From: Actinomycetota bacterium
GTDB lineage: Bacteria; Actinomycetota; Acidimicrobiia; Acidimicrobiales; Ilumatobacteraceae
Assembly: GCA_009701715.1 (NCBI GenBank)
Contig: WLJO01000010.1
Coordinates: 2,916-66,915, forward strand
Direction: 5' to 3'
Length of the DNA: 64,000 nt
Of this stretch, positions 27,192-35,055 are shown piece by piece. The notes beneath the pieces are model-generated. The model had not been told where the DNA came from. It did no database searches and saw nothing but the letters and a program-made list of their open reading frames with translations. Within the stretch, counting starts at the first letter, position 1, and the number at the start of each line of letters is the position of its first letter. The translations under genes and the position numbers were made by a program.

Positions 27192-28159
27192 CCCCCGGTC
27201 AGCGCGGCGAAGCCGTGCGGGATCTTCAGCGCAGGCTTTCCTACGTTGGCTTTGCCGCGTCCCCTTCAGAGATCGGTGCCTACTGCAAAAACACCGAGGA
27301 ATCGGTGGCGCGCTTTCAGGAGGCGCGCGGATTGCGGCCGACAGGCGTGTGCGACGAGGCCACGTGGAACGCTTTGGTCGAGGCGGGCTGGGGTCTCGGT
27401 GACCGGTTACTGAAACTCACCTCGCCGAACATGCGTGGCGACGACATCACGGCATTGCAGGGGGAGTTGTGCCGCCTCGGGTTCGATGCGGGTCGCGTGG
27501 ACGGGATCTTCGGCCCGCGCACAGCGAATGCGCTGCTCGAGTTCCAGCGCAGTTGCGGCATGCCGGGTGACGGGGTGTGCGGGCCCGAGACAATCCGGTC
27601 GCTCGATCGGCTCGGTCGCCAGTCCGGACAGGGGCCGGGGGTTTCCGTCCTGCGAGAAGCCGAACGCATCCGCTCGCTCCCACACTTCGTGGACTGCCGC
27701 ATCGTGGTTGGCCAGTTCGGCGGCCTGAGCAGTCTCGCCAGGGCAATCGCCCGGACGGCCCGCGCCAAGGGCGCTGACGTCATCTTGGTCGACGAACCCG
27801 ACGCCGATGCCCAGGCCGAAGCGGCGAACCGGTTCCGCGCTCACGTATACCTCGGCCTTGAGGCAAGCATCGAGCCGGTTTCGGAGTTTTTCTACTACCA
27901 AGTGCCAGCCTTCGAGTCCACAGCCGGACGTGCGCTCGCTGAGCAGCTGTCCCAAACATTGCAGCCCCTGCTGGCGAGCACCCCGCGCGTTGAGGGAATT
28001 CGGCTCCCGGTTCTCCGTGAAACCCGGATGCCGGCCGTGCTGTGTCGGCTCGGGCCCGTTCGCTCCGTGGCGGACAATGCAAGCTCCCTCGCACAGGGCT
28101 GTGCACAAGCTGTGGAAATCTGGATCGACGCCAGCTTCCCTCCCTCAGCCACTACTTGA
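27188..28159 (+). CDS. cwlM: CwlM-like protein: two PG_binding_1 repeats plus a degenerate Amidase_3 domain, no signal peptide
   Basis: GEAVRDLQRRLSYVGF and GDDITALQGELCRLGF...FGPRTANALLEFQ repeats, followed by an amidase_3-like C-terminus. The position after trxB-trxA matches Rv3915. Start is uncertain: CTG 27188 (CTGA overlap with the trxA stop) or GTG 27215. Confidence 0.75.
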   Translation: MTPGQRGEAVRDLQRRLSYVGFAASPSEIGAYCKNTEESVARFQEARGLRPTGVCDEATWNALVEAGWGLGDRLLKLTSPNMRGDDITALQGELCRLGFDAGRVDGIFGPRTANALLEFQRSCGMPGDGVCGPETIRSLDRLGRQSGQGPGVSVLREAERIRSLPHFVDCRIVVGQFGGLSSLARAIARTARAKGADVILVDEPDADAQAEAANRFRAHVYLGLEASIEPVSEFFYYQVPAFESTAGRALAEQLSQTLQPLLASTPRVEGIRLPVLRETRMPAVLCRLGPVRSVADNASSLAQGCAQAVEIWIDASFPPSATT

Positions 28160-28163
28160 TGGT

Positions 28164-28194
28164 TTATCCACAGGGTTTTCCACATCATGTGGAC
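28164..28194. promoter_or_regulatory. DnaA-box cluster in the cwlM/parB convergent spacer
   Basis: TTATCCACA (28164-28172, perfect consensus), TTTTCCACA (28176-28184) and the inverted TGTGGAC (28188-28194). Confidence 0.5.
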
Positions 28195-28262
28195 GTTGAG
28201 AGTTCCGTCCTAGTACACCCACGGCGAACCGTATCTACCCTGCTCAACAGGGGTGTGAGCGC

Positions 28263-29189
28263 TTACTCGTACGAGGCCGGGCTGACGATCTGTCGGTAAA
28301 TTCGGTCAAGATCGGCAAGATCGGCAAAGTCGATCACGAGCTTGCCTGGGCTGGACCCCACAGTGATCGCCACCGAGGTCGCCAAGTAATCCCCAAGCAG
28401 TTGCTCCACCTCAAGCACCGCCGGAGGCCGAAGTCGCTCTCTGGCAACCTTCTTCACCGGGGTCTCGCTACCCCCTGAGGGTTGGCCATTCTCGCGTTCG
28501 CGCACCGCCTGCTCCACCGAGCGCACCGACCAGCCTTCTTGGGCAGCGCGAAGGGCGAGGCCCTCCTGAAAACGGAGGTCGTTCGTACCGAGGAGTGCTC
28601 GTGCGTGTCCGGCTGAGAGCCGACCATCAGCGAGCAGTTCCTGAATCTTGGGCGGTAACTGGAGAAGCCTCAAGGTATTCGTGATGGACGTTCGGCCCTT
28701 GCCGAGGCGCTCGGCCAACTTCTCGTGGGTGTAGGAGAACTCCTCGATGAGTTGCTGGTAGGCCGAGGCCTCCTCCAGCGGGGTGAGATCCTCCCGATGG
28801 AGATTCTCGACAATTGCCTGCTCCACGGATTCGAGATCCGTCGACATGCGGATCACTGCGGGAATTCGCTGCAACCCCGCCATCCGGGCAGCCCGCCAAC
28901 GCCGTTCACCGGCGATCAACTGGTAACTGTCGCCCGCCAGCCGACGCACGAGGATCGGCTGCAGCACCCCCAGTTCCCGAATCGACGCCGACAGGTCAGC
29001 GAGCGTGGCTTCGTCAAAGTGGACCCGGGGCTGATTCGGATTCGGTACTACCGAGTCGAGCAGGATCTCGTCAAGCTCGCTGTCGTTCGCATACGCCTCA
29101 TACGCCTTGTTGAAGACGCCGGCCAGACCTTTACCGGTTCCTGGGCGGGGTGCCACCGCTGACCTCCTTGGCGAGTTCCCGGTACGCAA
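28263..29189 (-). CDS. parB: Chromosome partitioning protein ParB
   Basis: PNPNQPR, LGVLQPILVR and the GERRWRAA arginine patch, plus an HTH region. Alternative GTG start at 29156. Overlaps the parA 3' end. Confidence 0.9.
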   Translation of the reverse strand: MRTGNSPRRSAVAPRPGTGKGLAGVFNKAYEAYANDSELDEILLDSVVPNPNQPRVHFDEATLADLSASIRELGVLQPILVRRLAGDSYQLIAGERRWRAARMAGLQRIPAVIRMSTDLESVEQAIVENLHREDLTPLEEASAYQQLIEEFSYTHEKLAERLGKGRTSITNTLRLLQLPPKIQELLADGRLSAGHARALLGTNDLRFQEGLALRAAQEGWSVRSVEQAVRERENGQPSGGSETPVKKVARERLRPPAVLEVEQLLGDYLATSVAITVGSSPGKLVIDFADLADLDRIYRQIVSPASYE

Positions 29190-29952
29190 TGGCGCCTCGA
29201 GAGGACGAGTCGAACAGGATGATCGGCTGGCCGAGCTCGGGTGCCTCCGACAAGCGGACGGTTCGAGGCACCACGGTCTTGCACACCTTGTCCCCGAAGT
29301 TCTCGCGCACCACCTCGATCACCCGATCGGCCAGATTGGTGCGAGCGTCGTACATCACACAGACCACCGTGGACAGTTCCAGAGAACGGTTCAACTTCTT
29401 TCGAACCTTCTCGAGTGTGACCAGCAACTGGCCAGTGCCTTCGAGGGCGTAATACTCACACTGGATCGGGATCAGCACTTCCTGTGCTGCGGCAAGGCCG
29501 TTCGTCGTCAACAGACCGAGCGAGGGCGGGCAGTCAATCAGCACGAAGTCGTAGTCGAGCTTCGAACGTTCAAAGGCCGCCCGGAGATACAGCTCGGCGG
29601 CGAAACCGGAACGAAGCTCCACCTCGGCGGCGGCCAGATCAAGGCTGGCGGGAGCGATAAAGAGATTGGGCACGTCGGTGGGAAATGTCGCCTCCTCCAT
29701 CGGGAGCTCGTCGTCGATGAGGACGTGATACATCGACGTCTCCCGGCGGCGCTCCTCGGTGATCCCGACTCCCGTTGATGCATTGCCCTGGGGATCAAGA
29801 TCCACGATGAGCGTGCGGTATCCGAGTTCTGCCAGACAGGCTCCGAGGTTGACCACCGTGGTGGTCTTACCCACTCCACCCTTCTGATTCGCCACCGCGA
29901 TCACTCGCGGCAACGGCCGGGGGCCTGTGCTGCCGGGGATTTGGTCGCTCAT
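29131..29952 (-). CDS. parA: Chromosome partitioning ATPase ParA/Soj
   Basis: Deviant Walker A ANQKGGVGKTTT, then DLDPQGN and the following conserved blocks. Confidence 0.95.
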   Translation of the reverse strand: MSDQIPGSTGPRPLPRVIAVANQKGGVGKTTTVVNLGACLAELGYRTLIVDLDPQGNASTGVGITEERRRETSMYHVLIDDELPMEEATFPTDVPNLFIAPASLDLAAAEVELRSGFAAELYLRAAFERSKLDYDFVLIDCPPSLGLLTTNGLAAAQEVLIPIQCEYYALEGTGQLLVTLEKVRKKLNRSLELSTVVCVMYDARTNLADRVIEVVRENFGDKVCKTVVPRTVRLSEAPELGQPIILFDSSSRGAIAYRELAKEVSGGTPPRNR

Positions 29953-30080
29953 GTCTCGCTGCTTTCCGGTCGGCTACATCGTCATCACCGGAGGACCCCG
30001 GCGCAACAGGAGGATACTTGTCGGTCCGTGTGGGTCCAAGTAGGTCACCTGACCCATCTTTGTCCTGCATGCGAGGGTTT

Positions 30081-30096
30081 TGTTCCACGTGGAACA
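30081..30096. promoter_or_regulatory. parS site 1
   Basis: TGTTCCACGTGGAACA is a perfect 16-bp palindrome matching the parS consensus tGTTNCACGTGNAACa. Confidence 0.85.
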
Positions 30097-30114
30097 ACAG
30101 CAGCGAGGGGCAAG

Positions 30115-30130
30115 GGTTCCACGTGGAACA
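30115..30130. promoter_or_regulatory. parS site 2
   Basis: GGTTCCACGTGGAACA, one flank mismatch, 34 bp from site 1. Confidence 0.8.
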
Positions 30131-30140
30131 ACCGCTGTGA

Positions 30141-30734
30141 CTACTGCGGCCCACCGTCAAAGACTGCAGGAACCCGCCGCCGACGTGGAAAGACAGACGG
30201 GCAATCTCCCGCCTCCACCACCATCAGACCGGCCTCGCGTCGCCGGACGGTGGCCCCGAGACGGGCCAGCCCATCATCGGGCCACGCCTCCCCAGCACCG
30301 GCCACACTCACCACCAGGATTCCACCCGGCCGTACCAACGGAAGCACCAATTCGGCGACTTCCGCGGGCGATGCCACCCCCCGAGCCGTCGCCGCATCAA
30401 AGGTGCCGCGCCACGCCGGGTCCTGACCCAGTGTCTCCAAGTCCGCATGTATCACCCGGACCCTGTCCATGGCACCGAGGGCCCGGACCGCCCGTCTCAA
30501 GACGTCACAGGACCGTTCCTTGCGATCCACGAGCGTCACATCGATGTCGGGACGATCGGCCAGAACGACCAACCCGGGCAACCCTCCCCCGGACCCGACA
30601 TCCACCAGCCTCCGTACGTCGGTCGGCAACGCTTCGGCGAATGCACGCGCCTGCCCAATGGCGGTCTCCAGATCTCCGGGGCCAATCAGCCCAATCCGTT
30701 GAGATTCAGCGAGAAGTAGCTCGAGTGGCCCCAT
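30141..30734 (-). CDS. rsmG: 16S rRNA (guanine527-N7)-methyltransferase
   Basis: LVDVGSGGGLPGLVLA motif and the conserved position between jag and parA. Confidence 0.9.
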   Translation of the reverse strand: MGPLELLLAESQRIGLIGPGDLETAIGQARAFAEALPTDVRRLVDVGSGGGLPGLVVLADRPDIDVTLVDRKERSCDVLRRAVRALGAMDRVRVIHADLETLGQDPAWRGTFDAATARGVASPAEVAELVLPLVRPGGILVVSVAGAGEAWPDDGLARLGATVRRREAGLMVVEAGDCPSVFPRRRRVPAVFDGGPQ

Positions 30735-30772
30735 CGCAGGGTGGTTCCCAGCGTTTCGGGGAGCGAAACCGC

Positions 30773-31624
30773 TCAGTTCGCGGACGATGCCGGGGCGATC
30801 ACCACACGCCGCCGCGGATCTTCGCCTTCCGAACGGGTCTCCACGTCCGTGCGGATCGACAGCGCATCGTGAATAACCTTGCGATCAGCCGAAGGCATCG
30901 GCTCGAGCCCGCGCTCCTCACCAGTGGATGCCACTTCGTCGGCCTGCTCCATCGCAAACCGGGCGAGTGCCGCTTGGCGCTTCTCTCGGTAGCCGCTGAT
31001 GTCCAGGCGCAGGCGAGTGGTGTGATCGCCGATTCGGCGCTGGGCAGCCACGCGAACGAGGTCCTGCACAGCGAGCAAAGTCGTGCCCCGGGGCCCGATG
31101 AGCACTCCGAGGTTCTCCCCATCGACATCTACCTCGATGTCCTCACCGTCATGGCGCACCGCTGTGGTGCCTTCGAGGCCGAGTGCGCCAAGCAACCCGT
31201 GAATGAACTTCTCTGCCTCTGCGGCGACTGCTTCTACGGTTGGGGTGTTGTTGGCGTCGTTCACTGGTTCCTCCGTTTTCTTGGCGGGCTTACGAGCGGC
31301 CGTCTTTGCGGCACGCGGCTTGGGGGTCGGCGCAGGCGCCTCAACAGCTTCGGTGTCGACATCAGCCGCCACCGCCGCGTCGTCGGTCTGATCCGGCTTG
31401 TCGGCACCCTTGCGGCGCCGATCGCGTCGCTCCACCTTCGGCCGGGGCTTGGTCGGGCGCACGCGTGCGCGCACGCGGGCCTCACCACGGGTACGCCCGA
31501 ACAACCCCGGACGGGGCTCCTCAAGCACCTCGAACTCGGCATCGTCCACGGCTACGCCGAGTTGGTCGAGAGCAAGTTCTTTGGCTTCTTCAATGGTCTT
31601 GGCGGTGGTCTCTACCCACTCCAT
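30773..31624 (-). CDS. jag: Jag/KhpB-type RNA-binding protein (Jag_N, KH, R3H)
   Basis: MEWVETTAKTIEEAKELALDQLGV N-terminus, a basic linker, and a C-terminal R3H (LEPMPSADRKVIHDAL). Start at internal ATG 31624. Confidence 0.85.
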   Translation of the reverse strand: MEWVETTAKTIEEAKELALDQLGVAVDDAEFEVLEEPRPGLFGRTRGEARVRARVRPTKPRPKVERRDRRRKGADKPDQTDDAAVAADVDTEAVEAPAPTPKPRAAKTAARKPAKKTEEPVNDANNTPTVEAVAAEAEKFIHGLLGALGLEGTTAVRHDGEDIEVDVDGENLGVLIGPRGTTLLAVQDLVRVAAQRRIGDHTTRLRLDISGYREKRQAALARFAMEQADEVASTGEERGLEPMPSADRKVIHDALSIRTDVETRSEGEDPRRRVVIAPASSAN

Positions 31625-31652
31625 ACAACTGTTTCCGTCTCTTGGGGCCGAG

Positions 31653-32690
31653 TCAGGACTGCGGCTTGTTCGGTTTGGTGGGCTTGGTCGGCTTCGTGGG
31701 CCGATTCGGCGACGTGGGGCGCTGAGCAGTGGGCTGATTGCGCCCACCGGCGGAGCCAGGACGGCCTCCGGCGGCCGGGCGCCCCTTCGGAGCGTTCTTC
31801 GGAGCGTTCTTCGCGGAACCTTGGCGCTGCCCGCCGGTTCCCTTCGAGCGATCCTCGGTCTTTGCCGACTTGTCTGCCTTGGACATTTCTCGGGCTGCGG
31901 CGCCCGCAGCCTGTGCTAGCTGACCGAGCGAACCCTCACCGCCGTAGAAGCGACGAGTCACGTACTGCTGTTGCACGATGCGCAGCACCGTCTGGAACAG
32001 GTAGTAGATGACGAGTCCGATCGGAAAGAAGATCTGGAAGATCGCAAAGCCCACGGGCAGGTACTGCATGAGTTTCTGCTGGCCGGCAGACATGGTTGGT
32101 GACACGGCGCGGTTCGCGACCATGCGCTGCTGCACCCAATAGAGGAAGGCCAGTAGAACCACGAAAAGGATGTACAGGACCCCCTTACCAGGGCTTTCCT
32201 TGAACATGTCCGACGGTTTCTTTGCGAGGTTGAGACCCCACGAGAGCATCTCTTTCGACTTGCTCAAGTCTTGATACAACTTTGAGGTAGAGCCGATGTG
32301 CTTGGGGAGGAAGAACCCCGTCTTCGGATCGGTTTCACGGGTCAAGCCGCGCAGCAGTTGGAACATGCCGATGAACACCGGCATCTGGAGCAGCAGCGGG
32401 AAACAACTCGCCAGTGGATTGACCTTGTGCTCCTGGTAGAGCTTCATCATCTCTTCGTTGAGTTTCTGACGATCACCGCGATGCTGGGCCTGCAAACGCT
32501 TCAGCTCGGGCTGAATCCGCTGCATTTCGAGCATGCTCTTGGTGCTCTTCAGCGTGAGCGGCGTGGTGATAAGCATCACCACCAAGGTGATGAGGATGAT
32601 CGAGAACGCGTAACTGCCCGTCAGCGAATAGAACTGAGTAAACGGCCAAGCGAAGATGTTGGCCAACGGATCAAAGATGGACGCGAGCAC
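31653..32690 (-). CDS. yidC: Membrane protein insertase YidC
   Basis: ITTPLTLKS...Q.KLQPE, CFPLLLQMPVFIGMF. Basic C-terminal tail ending in PTKPTKPTKPNKP repeats. GTG start at 32690, just after the yidD stop. Confidence 0.9.
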   Translation of the reverse strand: MLASIFDPLANIFAWPFTQFYSLTGSYAFSIILITLVVMLITTPLTLKSTKSMLEMQRIQPELKRLQAQHRGDRQKLNEEMMKLYQEHKVNPLASCFPLLLQMPVFIGMFQLLRGLTRETDPKTGFFLPKHIGSTSKLYQDLSKSKEMLSWGLNLAKKPSDMFKESPGKGVLYILFVVLLAFLYWVQQRMVANRAVSPTMSAGQQKLMQYLPVGFAIFQIFFPIGLVIYYLFQTVLRIVQQQYVTRRFYGGEGSLGQLAQAAGAAAREMSKADKSAKTEDRSKGTGGQRQGSAKNAPKNAPKGRPAAGGRPGSAGGRNQPTAQRPTSPNRPTKPTKPTKPNKPQS

Positions 32691-32697
32691 CGAAGCG

Positions 32698-32916
32698 CTA
32701 CCTCTTCTCGGGGATGGGGTCGAAGCCGGAAGGTCCGAAAGGACGGCAGCGGAGCAACCGGCGAATAGTGAGCATGGTTCCCTTGAGTGCACCGTAGGTC
32801 TCCAGTGCATCAAGGGCGTAGTTCGAGCAGGACGGCTCGAACCGGCAGGGTGACGGCATGCCTTCTCGGTCCGCCTGGTACCACTGCACCGTCCTGATCA
32901 TGAAGCGCTGCATCAC
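32698..32916 (-). CDS. yidD: Membrane protein insertion efficiency factor YidD
   Basis: CRFEPSCSNYALDAL...G...RLLRCRPF is the canonical YidD pattern. GTGA overlap with the rnpA stop. Confidence 0.9.
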   Translation of the reverse strand: MMQRFMIRTVQWYQADREGMPSPCRFEPSCSNYALDALETYGALKGTMLTIRRLLRCRPFGPSGFDPIPEKR

Positions 32917-33377
32917 GACACCTTCTTTCCGCGGCAGCGGTCAAGCACGGTCACGACGTGAAGCCGCAACGAAGCAGCGTCCAACGTGCACCCTGCGGGA
33001 GAGATGCCAAAAAGAAAGTCGCCCGCCGGCAGTGAGGTTTGACGAAGAATTTCGCGCATTCTGCGGCGGATCCGGTTCCTCACCACTGCTGTGCCCACGC
33101 TTCGTCCAATAGCGAACGCAACGCGTGAAGGTGCGGGTTCCGATTCTGATCGATACACGCACCACACCGGTCCGGACGACCAGCGACGGCCCTCGGCCCG
33201 GAGACGCTGAAAGTCACCACGGCCACGGAGCGCGTCGATCAGGCGGACAGCTTGTGGCGACCCTTGGCCCGACGGGCCTTGAGGATCGCCCGGCCGGCGC
33301 GGGTGCTCATCCGCTGACGGAACCCGTGCTTCTTGGCCCGGCGACGATTGTTCGGTTGAAAGGTGCGCTTCACCCAT
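32913..33377 (-). CDS. rnpA: Ribonuclease P protein component (start codon unresolved)
   Basis: The conserved core begins around [20 protein letters not shown] and contains [14 protein letters not shown] (RNR motif). The only canonical in-frame start upstream of the core is ATG 33377, which overlaps all of rpmH. The alternative is CTG 33242. Confidence 0.75.
   Translation of the reverse strand: MGEAHLSTEQSSPGQEARVPSADEHPRRPGDPQGPSGQGSPQAVRLIDALRGRGDFQRLRAEGRRWSSGPVWCVYRSESEPAPSRVAFAIGRSVGTAVVRNRIRRRMREILRQTSLPAGDFLFGISPAGCTLDAASLRLHVVTVLDRCRGKKVS
33239..33373 (-). CDS. rpmH: 50S ribosomal protein L34
   Basis: [44 protein letters not shown], with a GTG start 5 nt after GAGGAGG. Confidence 0.95.
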   Translation of the reverse strand: MKRTFQPNNRRRAKKHGFRQRMSTRAGRAILKARRAKGRHKLSA

Positions 33378-33602
33378 GCCTCCTCATCTCGACTGAACAC
33401 GCTTGGCGCAGAATTGGCCGAGAAACACGTGGTCAGGGGGCACGACCAGCGATATTGGTCGCACCGACCTTGCAAGGCTAGGGGTGTGCGCCCTCAGACC
33501 ACAACTAGCGACCCTCTGAGCACCTGACGGGGACCGCCTGAAAGCGAGGTGCGATCCGGGTGCTAGCGTAGTTCGGCCGGGCGGGCTTGAACCGCCCTGC
33601 GG

Positions 33603-33635
33603 CCGTCCACAGCCTGTGGACGGTGCTGTGGACAA
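33603..33635. promoter_or_regulatory. DnaA-box palindrome plus third box upstream of dnaA
   Basis: CCGTCCACAG-C-CTGTGGACGG is a perfect 10-nt inverted repeat carrying two convergent GTCCACA boxes. It is followed by TGTGGACAA (33627-33635), the complement of TTGTCCACA. Confidence 0.6.
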
Positions 33636-33663
33636 GACTTGGGCAGAAACTGGGGCGGCGCCG

Positions 33664-35055
33664 GTGAGCGACCACGAAGCGATGTGGACAGCAGTTGCGG
33701 ACATCCTGCGAGAGCAGGTGTCTGATGCTGTCTGGTACTCCACCTTTCAGGATGTCAGAGCGCTGCCCGCGGATGGTGGATACCTGCGCATCGGTGTTCC
33801 GAACACGGTGATCCGAGAGAAGATTCTTCATCGCTATCTGCCGCTCGTACGCGACGCCCTCGAGGAGATCGGCGTCGCCAACCCGCAGTTGCTCGTCGAT
33901 GTAGACGTCGAGGCCGAGGTGGAGCACCTTCGAATCGCCGTGAACGGCGAGAGTTCCAACGTCGTGTCCGCCAGGTTCGATTCCTCTGCAGGGCCGGGCC
34001 ACGCGCCCGACGCTACGGAACCGACCATGACCGACGGGCTGAACCCCCGGTACACCTTCGAGACCTTCGTCAGCGGACCGTCCAACCAGTTCTCGCTCGC
34101 CGCCGCCCTCCGTGTGGCCGAAACCCCCGCCCGGTCCTACAATCCGCTGTTCATCTACGGAGCCTCTGGCCTCGGCAAGACCCACCTGCTGCACGCGATC
34201 GGTCACTACGTCAACCAGAACTACGGCCACTACACCGTTCGTTACGTCTCCACCGAGACGTTCATGAACGAGTACGTCGACGCAATCCGTACTCAGTCAC
34301 CTGCAATGTTCAAGCGGCGCTATCGGGACATCGATGTGCTGCTCATCGATGACATCCAGTTCATGGAGGGCAAGGAACGGCTGCAGGAAGAGTTCTTCCA
34401 CACGTTCAATGCCCTGCACGGCGCGAACAAACAGATCGTGATCTCGAGCGATCGCATGCCGGACAACATCCCCACACTCGAAGAGCGGCTGCGTGGTCGC
34501 TTCCGCTGGGGCCTCATCACCGACATCCAGCCACCCGACCTCGAGACACGCCTCGCGATCCTCCGCAACAAGTCGGAGCGGGACATGACCCAGGTACCGG
34601 CCGAAGTTCTCGAATTCATCGCCGCGAACATCACCACCAACATCAGAGAACTGGAGGGTGCGCTCATCCGGGTCACTGCGTACGCCAGCCTCAACCGCAT
34701 CCCGATCAGCGTTCCCCTCGCTCAGCAACTACTCATCGACCTCCTCTCGGAGACCACCACCCGCCCGCGCACACCCGACGAGATGCTCAACGAGATGGCG
34801 TCGTACTTCGGTCTCACGGTGGATGCCCTGCGCGGAAAGAGCCGCCAGCGGGATCTCGTCACCTCCCGTCAGGTGTCGATGTACGTCTTCCGAGAGCTCA
34901 CCGATCTCAGCTATCCAGCCATCGCTCGGCTCTTCGGTGGCCGGGATCACACCACCGTCATTCACGCGGTGGAGAAGATCCAAAGGCTTATGGCCGAGCG
35001 CAAACAGATCTACGACCAGGTCCATGACCTGCGACAACGCCTCAAGACTGGCTAG
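33664..35055 (+). CDS. dnaA: Chromosomal replication initiator DnaA
   Basis: AAA+ Walker A GASGLGKTHLLHAIG, IDDIQF, the sensor motifs and a C-terminal DNA-binding domain (VSMYVFRELT...GGRDHTTVIHA). Start candidates are GTG 33616 (inside the box cluster), GTG 33664 and ATG 33682. Confidence 0.95.
   Translation: MSDHEAMWTAVADILREQVSDAVWYSTFQDVRALPADGGYLRIGVPNTVIREKILHRYLPLVRDALEEIGVANPQLLVDVDVEAEVEHLRIAVNGESSNVVSARFDSSAGPGHAPDATEPTMTDGLNPRYTFETFVSGPSNQFSLAAALRVAETPARSYNPLFIYGASGLGKTHLLHAIGHYVNQNYGHYTVRYVSTETFMNEYVDAIRTQSPAMFKRRYRDIDVLLIDDIQFMEGKERLQEEFFHTFNALHGANKQIVISSDRMPDNIPTLEERLRGRFRWGLITDIQPPDLETRLAILRNKSERDMTQVPAEVLEFIAANITTNIRELEGALIRVTAYASLNRIPISVPLAQQLLIDLLSETTTRPRTPDEMLNEMASYFGLTVDALRGKSRQRDLVTSRQVSMYVFRELTDLSYPAIARLFGGRDHTTVIHAVEKIQRLMAERKQIYDQVHDLRQRLKTG

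Noticed and set aside
31653-31700. Periodic 9-12 nt repeats (GGCTTGGT-like)
   Set aside because: They encode the PTKPTKPTKPNKP basic tail of YidC. This is coding low complexity rather than a regulatory repeat.
30080-32011. 643-aa plus-strand ORF spanning rsmG, jag and yidC
   Set aside because: It is antisense to three well-supported minus-strand genes. Its translation is Arg/Pro-rich and has no motifs.
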